Assembly: GCA_963816355.1 (NCBI GenBank)
Contig: CAWFKH010000003.1
Span: forward strand, 896,001 to 960,000
Length of the DNA stretch: 64,000 nucleotides
Direction of reading: 5' to 3'
DNA from: an uncultured Gemmatimonadales bacterium
Lineage (GTDB): Bacteria; Gemmatimonadota; Gemmatimonadetes; Longimicrobiales; RSA9
A program made the position numbers and the translations under genes. Positions 38,445 to 50,298 of this stretch are shown one piece after another. The notes beneath the pieces are model-generated. The model worked only from the letters and a program-made list of their open reading frames with translations, was not told where the DNA came from and made no database searches. Position 1 is the first letter of the stretch; the number at the start of each line of letters is the position of its first letter.

Positions 38445-39311
38445 ATGGCCGAGCCGGTGACCATCCATCGATCCGAGGACCACGTCCTGCATTCCGAGCA
38501 CGTGGAGGACGACTTCCGTCTGTGGATCGCGCCGCCCGTGGCCGGCTTCCGGCCGTCACAGGAGCCGCCGGTGACGCTGTGGGTGCTGGACGGGGATCTG
38601 TTCTTCGGCGCGGCCGTGGACACCACCCGGCTCATGCACCGGCTGTACGGTGAGCTGCCGCCGATCCTGGTCGTGGGCGTGGCGTACGGCCACGACCGCG
38701 TGGAGATGCATGGTGAGATACGGAATCGGGACCTGACGCCCACGGCGAGCGCGGCCATGGAGGAGATGGGGCGGCGGATGAACCCGGACCGGGAGTCGGC
38801 GCTGCCGGAGGGCCGCCGCATGGGACGGGCACGGGAGTTCCTGCGGTTCCTGGTGGACGAAGCGCGCCCGTACGTGGAGGCGCGGTTCGAGACCGCACCC
38901 GGGCGCTCGGTGCTGTTCGGCTCTTCGCTGGGGGGGCTGTTCGCGGCGTGGTCGGTGCTGGCGGAGCCGGGGAGCTTCGAGCACGTCGTCGCCATCAGCC
39001 CGGCGCTGTGGTGGGACGACGGCGCGGTGCTCGCGCTCGAGGCGCGCACCGCCGCCGAGCGCGAAGACCTGCCGGTGAAGCTGTTCCTGGGTGCCGGCAG
39101 TCTGGAGGAGCCGGCGCACCTGCCGTTCCTGGCGCAGTACCGGCTCATCTCGAATGCCCGGACGCTGGTCGAGCGGCTGCAGAGCCGCGGCTATCCTTCG
39201 CTGGACGTCACCTTCCAGGCGCTGGAAGGCGAGACCCACACGTCGGTGCCGACGGTGGGGCTCACGCGGGGGCTGCGCCGCCTGTTCCGTCCGGCGCCAC
39301 CGGCGCGCTGA
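38445..39311 (+). CDS. Alpha/beta hydrolase (IroE/BesA-like esterase)
   Basis: VLDGD, RNRDLTP, GSSLGG, SPALWW, GETH. Confidence 0.92.
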   Translation: MAEPVTIHRSEDHVLHSEHVEDDFRLWIAPPVAGFRPSQEPPVTLWVLDGDLFFGAAVDTTRLMHRLYGELPPILVVGVAYGHDRVEMHGEIRNRDLTPTASAAMEEMGRRMNPDRESALPEGRRMGRAREFLRFLVDEARPYVEARFETAPGRSVLFGSSLGGLFAAWSVLAEPGSFEHVVAISPALWWDDGAVLALEARTAAEREDLPVKLFLGAGSLEEPAHLPFLAQYRLISNARTLVERLQSRGYPSLDVTFQALEGETHTSVPTVGLTRGLRRLFRPAPPAR

Positions 39312-39509
39312 CGCGGGGGCGGAAGCCGAGCCGAGGACGCTGGAGGCCGCCCGGACGGCCGGGGAACGCCTGAGGAACGTGCGGTCGCGATCCTACTACC
39401 GCAGGCCGGAGCTCCGGCCCTGCTCAGCAGGCAAGCGGCGACTCACGAGGCACTCGACGCGGAGGCCGCGACCCCGTTCGGCTGGCATTCCACTCACGGA
39501 GATGCACCA

Positions 39510-40541
39510 ATGAAACGCTCAGGTGTGACGCATCTGAAGCACTGCGGCGAACGACCGGCCGGCACTCGCTTCGCCGGTTCGCTCCAGGGCCACCACTGCG
39601 ACAGAGGAGACACCAGGCCGCACCCCGTGCGCCGCCGCAATCTGCGCCGCGCCCTCTTCACGGCGCTGGCGGGCGTCTCCCTGGGCGCGTGCGCCGAGGC
39701 CACACCGGTGGAATCGGACGCAGACGTCGCCGGCCCGGCCTTCAGCCGGATGGCGCCGACGTACGACTACCGCACCATCGACGTGCCAGGCTTTTCCGGA
39801 TCCGCGCAGGGGATCAACGCGGCTGGACAGGTCGTCGGCTGGTATTGGACCGAAGATGACCACGAGCATGGCTTCGTGCTGAGCGGCGGCGATCTCCGAA
39901 CAATCGACTACCCGGGTGCGGACTACACGGACGTGCGCGGGATCGGGCCGAACGGGGAGTTGGTCGGCACGTTCGCCAGCTCCTCGGAGGAGATGGCTGC
40001 GTATCATGGCTACCGCACGAATGTAAGCGGCGAATTCGCGCCCGTGCGTGCCGAAGGCTACCTCTACGAGATCCTGCAGCGCATCCTGCCGGACGGCACC
40101 ATCCTGGGATGCGGCCACGATCATAACACTTCGTCCAGCATGTACGGCGTGACGATCACGGCAGCGGGCACCATCGTGGGCACGCCCAGCTTTTCCATGA
40201 ACAACGGCGCCTCGCCGGACGGCCGGCAGGTGGTGGGCTTCTACAACAACTCCGGCCACAACGAGGGCTACACGATCCACAGCGGCGTGGTAACCCCGTT
40301 CATGGTGCCCGGCTCCAGCAGCACGGCGGCCTGGGATGTCAACGCGCGCGGCGACATCGTCGGTGTGGTGGTGAAGGAGGGCGTCCACGGCTTCATCCGT
40401 ACCGATGCGGGCTACGAGCTGCTCGACTACCCAGGGGCAGCCCAGACGCGCGTTTTCGGCGTGAACGCGCGCGGCGACGTGGTCGGCGCGTACATCCTGG
40501 GCGGCGAGTCGTACGCGTTCGTGGGCACGCGCATCAGGTAG
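39510..40541 (+). CDS. Lipoprotein with HAF-like extracellular repeats; start uncertain
   Basis: LGAC lipobox; repeated (G/D)(I/V)N..G.VVG...HGF and TIDYPG units. Confidence 0.8.
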   Translation: MKRSGVTHLKHCGERPAGTRFAGSLQGHHCDRGDTRPHPVRRRNLRRALFTALAGVSLGACAEATPVESDADVAGPAFSRMAPTYDYRTIDVPGFSGSAQGINAAGQVVGWYWTEDDHEHGFVLSGGDLRTIDYPGADYTDVRGIGPNGELVGTFASSSEEMAAYHGYRTNVSGEFAPVRAEGYLYEILQRILPDGTILGCGHDHNTSSSMYGVTITAAGTIVGTPSFSMNNGASPDGRQVVGFYNNSGHNEGYTIHSGVVTPFMVPGSSSTAAWDVNARGDIVGVVVKEGVHGFIRTDAGYELLDYPGAAQTRVFGVNARGDVVGAYILGGESYAFVGTRIR

Positions 40542-40652
40542 CAGGCAGCGCTCACAGGCTGCTTTCGCGATCGCCCATGTCCGGGTCCGGGTCCGCAGTG
40601 CGCGGGCCCGGACCCGCTCGATCCGCGGCTCCGGGGGTGAGCGAACTCTCTC

Positions 40653-41147
40653 TCAGTGCGCGCGAAGCTCGAGTATGCACCACCCGCACCGGCCGACGCC
40701 GATGTCGATCGCACCCGAAGCGGCGCTGTCCACCGCTGTGGCTTCGAGGGCCGCCACGAGATCGGCAAGGGGCAGATAGCCGCCGTCTTGGGATCCGATC
40801 ACTCGGGATGAGATCAGGACGGCTCTGCGCACCCGCAGCCGGCAGCGGCCGCATCCGCCCGTGCGAACAGCGAACAGTCGAGCTCCCCGCACGCGGAGCC
40901 GTGTCGCTTCGTCACCGTCAACGGCGCTCTCGAGGTCCGCAACCGCGATCAGCAGGACACCAGGTCTGCCCAGAGACAGACCGTCGACGGCCCTTGCGAC
41001 GGCCACGTCGCCGATGCGAACCGTACGGCCCGCCGAAGCGGCCGGCGCCGTGCCTTCCGGCGCCCTCCGGTGAGCGTGCGGATCGCGACAGCCGGCAAAC
41101 GCCGTCGTGACCACGAGCGAGAAGCGGAGTCCGATGCGAATCCTCAC
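40653..41147 (-). CDS. Hypothetical lipoprotein with two CxxC motifs
   Basis: GTG behind GGAGG; FAGC lipobox; CGRC and CGWC. Confidence 0.6.
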   Translation of the reverse strand: MRIRIGLRFSLVVTTAFAGCRDPHAHRRAPEGTAPAASAGRTVRIGDVAVARAVDGLSLGRPGVLLIAVADLESAVDGDEATRLRVRGARLFAVRTGGCGRCRLRVRRAVLISSRVIGSQDGGYLPLADLVAALEATAVDSAASGAIDIGVGRCGWCILELRAH

Positions 41148-41188
41148 GATGCCCTCCGGGTGGGCGCGTGAGTACGATGCGGGGCGTA

Positions 41189-41226
41189 CGTTTCTCTGAC
41201 GTTCCTTCGGAGTTCCCGCAGGTTCC
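41189..41226 (-). promoter_or_regulatory. Phased direct repeats, candidate SARP binding array
   Basis: GTT(T/C)C at 41190, 41201, 41212 and 41222 (spacing 11, 11, 10). Confidence 0.5.
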
Positions 41227-41256
41227 AGGGGAGATGGAGCTGGAAGTGACAGCCGA

Positions 41257-44187
41257 TCAGTGCGGGGGCGATGGCGAGCGAATGTAGGCGAGCCGTGAAG
41301 AGGCGGCGGCGCGGCGCGTCTGGAAGCGAGGATCCGCACGCTGCCATGCGTTCGCCACGGCGGCGTAATGGACTGCGGCGCTGTCCGGTTCTCCTGCGGC
41401 GTCGAAAGCCAGCGCCAGCAGTTCGTGTAGCTCCGTGCGGCTGACATACAGGTTTGAAGCGTCCAGCGGTCCGGACAGCGCCGGTCTCACGATGGATATT
41501 GCTTCTGTAGCTCGCCCGCGAGCGAGCAGCAGTCGTCCCAACGCCAGGTTGGTGCGCGTATAGCCGGAGACGGGCGAGTAGATCGCTTGTCTCAGAAGCG
41601 CCTCCGCCTCGTCCGGACGTCCCTTCGCGAGCGCGATCAGGCCGCGAACGTGGTTGTGCAGCAGCCGGTCTCGGCCGTACGCGCTGAACGGTCCCAGCGC
41701 CTCGATGGTATCGGCCAGCGCTGCCGCCTCCTCCAGGTGTCCCGCCGCTACGAGGGACGCCGCCGCCTGTGTCAGGAACCAGCCACGGTTCCGTGCCGCC
41801 TTGCTGCGGACGGTATCGCGTCCGAAGACGGTCGCCATCTCTCTGAACTTCCGGGCAGCCTCCACATATCGCCCTGAGGCGAAGAGCACGATCACGCCGG
41901 TCAGGGGAAGGAGGGGGTCGCCCGGATTTCCGCACACCGCGAGTCGTCGCGCCGAGGCCAGCGCATCCCGCAGCCGTCCCTGATCGCGATAGCTGTAGAC
42001 TCTCCACCACTCGGCCTCGCAGCCGAGCGCCGGATCGCCGCCTGCCGCTACCTTCGCGAGGATTTCGTCCGCATCAGCGAAGGAGCCGAAGCGAAGCGCC
42101 CTGCCCGCATTGGCCAACGCGTAGTTGAGAGGAGGTGATGGTGCGATTTCCTGCGCTTTCCTGCTCGCCTCGGAGGCCGCTTCGCGCAGGCCTTCGGCGT
42201 CCAGCACACTCGCCAGCACGTTCCAGGAAGAGGAGGAGCCCGGCAACATGCGCACGTAGGTTCGAGCGGCCCGCTCGGCTGCGGGCATGGAGTCCGCCAT
42301 CATGTAGGCCGCGGCGAGTTCCGCCAGCGCATCGCAGCCGGTACACCGAGGGGCGTGCCCGAGCATCGGGATGGAATCGAGACGGAACGCTTCCCGGAGA
42401 TGGCGCGCCCCTTCCAGGAACCGGCCATCCCACTTGAGGGCGACGCCGAGAATACGATGGCCCTCCGGCAGATCGGGATAGAGACTCGCGAGGCTGTCGG
42501 CGACGGCCAGAACCGCCGGATCGTCCGCGTCCTCACTGAAAGTGGCCGAGATGAGCAGTCGCTCCTGGGGCGTCGCCCGGTCCGCCATTCTGCGCGCCCG
42601 GCCCAGATACAGGGCGTGGCAGGACGGTTCGACCCAGAGGCATGCCTCCCCGGCGTAGTAGGCCGCCATCGCGAACGTGGAGTCCGTAGCGACCGCGGCC
42701 TTGAAAAGACTCAGCGCGGCCGTCGCGTCACCTCGGAGATAGTACGCCCGCAGACCCTGCTCGTAGAGACGATAGGCCGCGAGCGGCGGGGCCGTGCGGC
42801 GCGCGGTCGGAAGCGGCGCGCTCAGCCCGAAGGCTTCGGCGAGTTCGTTCGCCGCGGCGTCGACGACAGCGAAAACGTCCGCACCTTCCACCGAGACCGC
42901 GCCGGATACGGCGCCGTCGCCGAGCGCGGCTCGACGCAGATCGAAACGCAGGCGCCCGTCAGGCAGCTCGTAGAGGGCCCCTTCGACGACCTCGGTCGCG
43001 CCGGAGCGCCGCGCCGCCTGCAGCAGAGATGCGCGACCGTCGTATCCGTAGCCGCCCAACATCTCGAAGAGGCGTGCATTGCTCACGACGCTCAGACCGG
43101 GCACCTGCGACAGCCGCGTCGAGAGCAGTTCCCGGACGACGGGGACCAGATCCTGATCCGACGGTCCGAAGTCCTTCACGTCCCCGATGGCGAGCACAGC
43201 GTCGGTTGGCAGGCGGTCGTCGCGCACGGTCAGTGCGATACCCGTCGCGAGCAATGCCAGCACAGGCACGGCGGCGAGCACAAGCCCCCAGGGGCCGGCC
43301 CGCCACCGGGCTCGCATCCCGACCGCAGAGCCCGCGGCGCGCGGGCGGACGCCCTCGTCGGACGTATTCGCTCGCGTCGCCCCCCCTGCCTCTGCTTCGG
43401 GATCCACGCCGTGACCGGCGTCCGGCCCCCCGTTCTCGAGCCGCGCGACCCGGGTGGCCACGTGATCGCGAGACCGGATCGACTCCAGGAGGATGCTCGT
43501 CTCCGGCGCCGGCTCCATGCCGAACTCCGCATCCAACCGACAGCGGTGGTCCTCATAGAGGCGGAGCGCCCCGGCGCGGTCCCCCGCTCGATCGAGCAGC
43601 GAAAGCAGCCTGCGCACCGCCGTGTCGTCGTCCGGCGAGAGAGCGACGGCCCGTCGAGCCAGCCCAAGGGCGGGCTCGATCCTGCCGGCCGCCTCTTCAG
43701 CCCCGGCCGCTTTCCACGCCGCCGTCGCCGCACGGCGCCGCGCGTCGGCGCGCTCGATCTCGAGCCACTGCTCGAATCCTGGAGTGTCGTGGAGAAAGAA
43801 ACCTTCGAGAAGGTCGCCGCGGTAGAGAGCGAGGGCCTCAGCGGCGCGCTCATCCCGGAGCAGCTCTTTCATTTCCGTTACGTCGCACCAGACCGCTCCC
43901 GGGCCGAGAGCCACCTCGTCCTCGCCCCGACCGACTACCGTCCCTGAGCCAAGCGATTGTCGGATGTGAAAGATCGTCTTGCGAAGAACGGTGCGCGCAT
44001 GTTGCTGATCCAGATCCGGCCAGAAGAGGCCGATCAGTACGTCCCGCCGAACGAAGCCGGGGTGTGCGGCCAGAGCGAGATAGACGAGGAGGGCCAGTCG
44101 CTTCGGTTGAGCGACCAGGGACTGCACCGCGACTCCCTCAGCGGTGCGGAGATCGACCGCGCCCAGCGTGCGAAGCTGGAACTCCAT
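41257..44187 (-). CDS. SARP/BTAD regulator with TM helix and TPR sensor region
   Basis: LRTLGAVDL, QPKRLALLVYLAL, RRDVLIGLFWP, LYRGDLLEGF, GDRAGAL..Y, P.PET; TPR-like C-terminus. Confidence 0.92.
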   Translation of the reverse strand: MEFQLRTLGAVDLRTAEGVAVQSLVAQPKRLALLVYLALAAHPGFVRRDVLIGLFWPDLDQQHARTVLRKTIFHIRQSLGSGTVVGRGEDEVALGPGAVWCDVTEMKELLRDERAAEALALYRGDLLEGFFLHDTPGFEQWLEIERADARRRAATAAWKAAGAEEAAGRIEPALGLARRAVALSPDDDTAVRRLLSLLDRAGDRAGALRLYEDHRCRLDAEFGMEPAPETSILLESIRSRDHVATRVARLENGGPDAGHGVDPEAEAGGATRANTSDEGVRPRAAGSAVGMRARWRAGPWGLVLAAVPVLALLATGIALTVRDDRLPTDAVLAIGDVKDFGPSDQDLVPVVRELLSTRLSQVPGLSVVSNARLFEMLGGYGYDGRASLLQAARRSGATEVVEGALYELPDGRLRFDLRRAALGDGAVSGAVSVEGADVFAVVDAAANELAEAFGLSAPLPTARRTAPPLAAYRLYEQGLRAYYLRGDATAALSLFKAAVATDSTFAMAAYYAGEACLWVEPSCHALYLGRARRMADRATPQERLLISATFSEDADDPAVLAVADSLASLYPDLPEGHRILGVALKWDGRFLEGARHLREAFRLDSIPMLGHAPRCTGCDALAELAAAYMMADSMPAAERAARTYVRMLPGSSSSWNVLASVLDAEGLREAASEASRKAQEIAPSPPLNYALANAGRALRFGSFADADEILAKVAAGGDPALGCEAEWWRVYSYRDQGRLRDALASARRLAVCGNPGDPLLPLTGVIVLFASGRYVEAARKFREMATVFGRDTVRSKAARNRGWFLTQAAASLVAAGHLEEAAALADTIEALGPFSAYGRDRLLHNHVRGLIALAKGRPDEAEALLRQAIYSPVSGYTRTNLALGRLLLARGRATEAISIVRPALSGPLDASNLYVSRTELHELLALAFDAAGEPDSAAVHYAAVANAWQRADPRFQTRRAAASSRLAYIRSPSPPH

Positions 44188-44398
44188 GCCGGCCTTTCGG
44201 CGCATGCGTCGTTGGAGGGAGCGACGGTGGCGTCCGGGCGGCGAGGACGCAGCGCTGCACCGCGCTGAGTGAAAGGTGTGCTGCGGGTGCCCGAATGGTC
44301 AAGCGACTGCGACAGGCCTCTTGCGTGGAGTCGTTCTCCTTTCGAGTGGCTGCGCTCGCCGGTGCGCCGCGCCGCGACCGCGTGCGCCCGCCGTCGGC

Positions 44399-46861
<2,463 letters not shown>

Positions 46862-47017
46862 CTGGGCCCTCCTCGACTCGTTTGTCTGGCCGGCCCCGGC
46901 GGCGCCGCCAGCGCTTGGCGCGGCGCGGCCGCCGGGGCGTGTCCGCCTGGTGGACCTCATCCGAAGTGGCGGTGGCATTCGCCGGCTCGGTGCTCGCCGT
47001 ACTCCGGATGCGATCGA

Positions 47018-47170
47018 TTACGCGGTGAACTGTCCCGGGTTTTCGTCGAACTTCTTCTTGCACCCGGCGCTGCAGAAGTAGTAGGTGCGGCCCTGGTAGA
47101 CACTCGTCCCCGCCGCCGTCTCGGGATCCACCTGCATCCCGCAGACCGGATCCTTTTCCTTCTCCGCCAT
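47018..47170 (-). CDS. Stand-alone YHS-domain protein
   Basis: MAEKEKDPVCGMQVD...YYFCSAGCKKKF; RBS AAGGAG. Confidence 0.9.
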   Translation of the reverse strand: MAEKEKDPVCGMQVDPETAAGTSVYQGRTYYFCSAGCKKKFDENPGQFTA

Positions 47171-47279
47171 TGCCTGCTCCTTCCATGAGAGAAATCGAGG
47201 CGCCCCCGGAATGCCCGGCCGGCACGCGCACCGGACACCTCCGACCGGGCGCTCATCACCCCAACGTAGACGCATACAC

Positions 47280-47317
47280 CTGAAATGCCCGTGAAGTCTG
47301 GGTGAAGAGATCTTCAC
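47280..47317 (-). promoter_or_regulatory. 38-nt response-regulator box, copy A (faces YHS-copA)
   Basis: Minus strand GTGAAGatctCTTCACccagACTTCACGggcatTTCAG. Confidence 0.75.
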
Positions 47318-47566
47318 CCGACCGCCCGGCGCGTGAAGCACCCCTCATGTGCATCTCACGCGCGGGGCGGGTGTTGCGGCGGGGGCAGTGCTGCCTCGGA
47401 GGCGGAGCCGGAGGAGCGGGCAGCCCGGCATCTGCCGGAGAGCCGCGGCGCAGGGGCGGCTGCTGCCAGGCTTCGCGAGCTGCACTACGGGCGCTGGGAC
47501 ACGGAACGGGAGGGTCCTCGCGGCGGGTACCCGCGCAGTCACGGCCGCCGGGCGGTGGCCGGCACA

Positions 47567-47604
47567 ATGAAGCTCTCTTCATCCGGACTTCACGAAACGT
47601 TCAC
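47567..47604 (+). promoter_or_regulatory. 38-nt response-regulator box, copy B (faces cusCBA)
   Basis: ATGAAGctctCTTCATccggACTTCACGaaacgTTCAC. Confidence 0.75.
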
Positions 47605-47664
47605 GAGCGCTCCGCTAGACTTGCGGTCGGGACGCTGAAGTCCACAACGGACGAGGATGCTTCG

Positions 47665-49059
47665 ATGCACCACACAGGCCGGGCGCGGCTGCCGGCTCTC
47701 CTGCTTGCGCTGCTGACGGCGGGCTCCGCCGCCGCACAGACGCCACGCCAGGCGACGTCGCCCGCGGCCGCCCAGCCGGTGGGCGCCGGGACCGCGGCGG
47801 CGAAGGGCGCACGAGCGGCGGCACCGACGGGTGCGTCGCCTGCGGAGGGAATCCGCCTGGGCGAGATCTACGCGCTGGCGCGGCAGCGGAACCCGGGGAT
47901 CGTCGCGGCGGAAGCGCTGGCGCGCGCCACGGCGGCGCGCGAGTCGGGCGCCGCGCTGCCTCCCGACCCCACGCTGCAGCTGGGCGTCATGAACTTCACG
48001 CTGCCGGGCTTTGCCACGAACATGCCGACGTCCATGGCGCCGTCGGTCCAGGTGATGGAGATGCTACCCTTCCCGGGCAAGCTCGGGCTGCGCGGGCGGG
48101 TCGCGGAAGCGAGCACGGGCATCGCGGAAGCGAAAGCATCGGAGACGTGGTGGCAGGTGCGCGCCACGGCGGCGACCGGGTTCTACGACCTGTACCGCGC
48201 GGACCGGCAGCTCGAGGTGATGCGTCGCACGCTGCGTCTGCTCCAGGACTTCCAGAAGGTGGCGCAGGCAATGTACGGCGCGGGCGAGGGGCACCAGGCG
48301 GACGTGCTGCGTGCGGGAGTCGAGGTGGCGCGCATGCAGGCGGACGTCGCGCAGATGGAGGCGATGCGCCGCGTCTCGGCGGCCAAGCTGAACGCGGTGC
48401 TGGACCGTCCCGCGGACACCCCGATTCCGACCCCCGTTCTCGATCCGCTCCCGGATGCGGTGCTGCCTGCCGACACGCTGCTGGCGTGGGCGGAGGCGAC
48501 GCGGCCGTTGCTCGAAGCCGGGCGCGGCGGCGTACAGCGCGCGGACGCGGATCTCGCGCTCGCCCGCAAGCAGATCTGGCCGGATCTGAGCATAGGGATC
48601 CAGTACGGCCAGCGCGCCACGGACACGGGGACGCAGCACATGGGCAGCGCGATGATCGGTTTCAGCCTGCCGGTCTTCGCGGGGCGCCGGCAGCTGCGGG
48701 AGCGGGAAGAGGCGGCGGCCGAGCGCCAGGCCGTCACGGCCGACCTGGCGGGGATGCGGGCGGAGGTGCGCGCGCGGATCGGGACGCTGCTGGCGCAGCT
48801 CGACCGCGCGCGCACGCTGGTCGGGCTGTACCGGACGGACGTGCTGCCCCAGGCGTCCGCGACGGTGGAATCCTCGCTGTCCGCCTACCGCGTGGGACAC
48901 GTGGACTTCATGACGCTGGTCGATGCGCAGATGACGGAGAACCGGTACGAGCAGGACTACTACGGGCTGCTGGCCGACTACGGAACGGCGGTCGCGGAGC
49001 TGGAGACGACCCTCGGCCGCGCGCTTCCGGCGGCCGGCAACCTGGCGGAGGTCCAGTGA
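47665..49059 (+). CDS. TolC-family outer-membrane factor (CusC-like role)
   Basis: Signal peptide; LPPDP, PFPGKL, SLPVF, AYRVG.VDFMTLVDAQ. Confidence 0.9.
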   Translation: MHHTGRARLPALLLALLTAGSAAAQTPRQATSPAAAQPVGAGTAAAKGARAAAPTGASPAEGIRLGEIYALARQRNPGIVAAEALARATAARESGAALPPDPTLQLGVMNFTLPGFATNMPTSMAPSVQVMEMLPFPGKLGLRGRVAEASTGIAEAKASETWWQVRATAATGFYDLYRADRQLEVMRRTLRLLQDFQKVAQAMYGAGEGHQADVLRAGVEVARMQADVAQMEAMRRVSAAKLNAVLDRPADTPIPTPVLDPLPDAVLPADTLLAWAEATRPLLEAGRGGVQRADADLALARKQIWPDLSIGIQYGQRATDTGTQHMGSAMIGFSLPVFAGRRQLREREEAAAERQAVTADLAGMRAEVRARIGTLLAQLDRARTLVGLYRTDVLPQASATVESSLSAYRVGHVDFMTLVDAQMTENRYEQDYYGLLADYGTAVAELETTLGRALPAAGNLAEVQ

Positions 49060-50288
49060 GCACGCGCAAGCAGATGGGAGTGGCCGGCGGCCTCGTGGCG
49101 CTGGCGCTGGCGGTGGTGGTGGTGGTGCTCTACACGGGGAGCACCGCGCTCGGCGCCGGCGCGGGTGTCGAGGGCGGCATGGCGGCCATGAACATGGGCG
49201 CGCCGGCGGCGGAGGGGGCGCAGCCCGTGCACCTCACGCCGGAAGCGGCGCGGCGGATCGGAGTGACCTACGCCGCGGCGGAGGTGCGCCCGTTCGAGCG
49301 AACGGTGCACACGGTGGCTTCGGTCACCTACGACGAGACGCGGCTGGCGGAGGTGGACCCGAAGGTCGAAGGCTGGGTGGACAAGCTGTTCGTGGACTTC
49401 ACCGGCGCGCCGGTGAAGAAGGGGCAGCCGCTGCTCACGGTGTACAGCCCGATGCTGGTCACGGCGCAGGAGGAGCTGCTGCTGGCGCGGCGGCTGGTGG
49501 ACGAGTCTGCCGATGCGCCCGCGGGCGTAGCGGCGGCGAGCGCGCGCGAGCTGCTGGCGTCCTCGCGCCGTCGCCTGGCGTACTGGGACATCCCGGCGGA
49601 CGAGGTCGCGCGCATCGAGAGGAACGGAGTGCCGAGCAAGACGCTCACGCTGCGCTCTCCTGCCGACGGCGTGGTGGTCGAGAAGAACGTCGTGCGCGGC
49701 GCGCGCATCATGCCCGGCATGACGCTCTACCGGATCGCGGACCTTTCCACGGTCTGGGTGGAGGGCGACGTGTACGAGAAGGACCTTTCGCTCGTGTCGC
49801 TGGGGCAGCACGCGCACCTCACGCTGGAGAGCCAGCCCGGCCGCGCGTACGAGGGTGTGGTCACCTACATCTATCCGAGCGTGTCCGTGGAGAGCCGCAC
49901 GGGTCGTGTGCGCGTGGCGCTGCGCAACCCGGACCTCGCGCTGAAGCCCGGCATGTACGCCAAGATCTCGCTGGCCGTCCCGGCGACGAGGACCCTGGTC
50001 GTGCCGCGCACCGCGGTGCTGCGGAGCGGCGAGCGCTCGCTCGTCTTCGTGCGCGACGCGCGGGGCATGCTCGAGCCCCGCGACGTGCGGGTCGGGCTGG
50101 CGAACGACACCCTGATCGAGATCCGGGAGGGCCTCGTCGCGGGCGATGTGGTAGTCTCCTCCGCGACCTTCCTGATCGACGCGGAATCGAACCTCGGCTC
50201 CACCATGGCGTCCATGCCGGGCATGGACATGGGCGCGCCGGGCGGTGGCGACAGCGGCGCGCAGCCGACCGCCCACCCCGGCCACTGA
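49056..50288 (+). CDS. cusB: CusB-like RND periplasmic adaptor
   Basis: YDET, GWVDKL.VDFTG, YSPML..AQEE, IADLSTVWV, LKPGMYA, FLIDAESNL. Confidence 0.9.
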   Translation: MSTRKQMGVAGGLVALALAVVVVVLYTGSTALGAGAGVEGGMAAMNMGAPAAEGAQPVHLTPEAARRIGVTYAAAEVRPFERTVHTVASVTYDETRLAEVDPKVEGWVDKLFVDFTGAPVKKGQPLLTVYSPMLVTAQEELLLARRLVDESADAPAGVAAASARELLASSRRRLAYWDIPADEVARIERNGVPSKTLTLRSPADGVVVEKNVVRGARIMPGMTLYRIADLSTVWVEGDVYEKDLSLVSLGQHAHLTLESQPGRAYEGVVTYIYPSVSVESRTGRVRVALRNPDLALKPGMYAKISLAVPATRTLVVPRTAVLRSGERSLVFVRDARGMLEPRDVRVGLANDTLIEIREGLVAGDVVVSSATFLIDAESNLGSTMASMPGMDMGAPGGGDSGAQPTAHPGH

Positions 50289-50298
50289 GGAGGGCGCC

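Noticed and set aside
47333..47638. Small Cys/His ORF between the copper operons
   Set aside because: No clear RBS or family motif, and it overlaps operator copy B; left uncalled.
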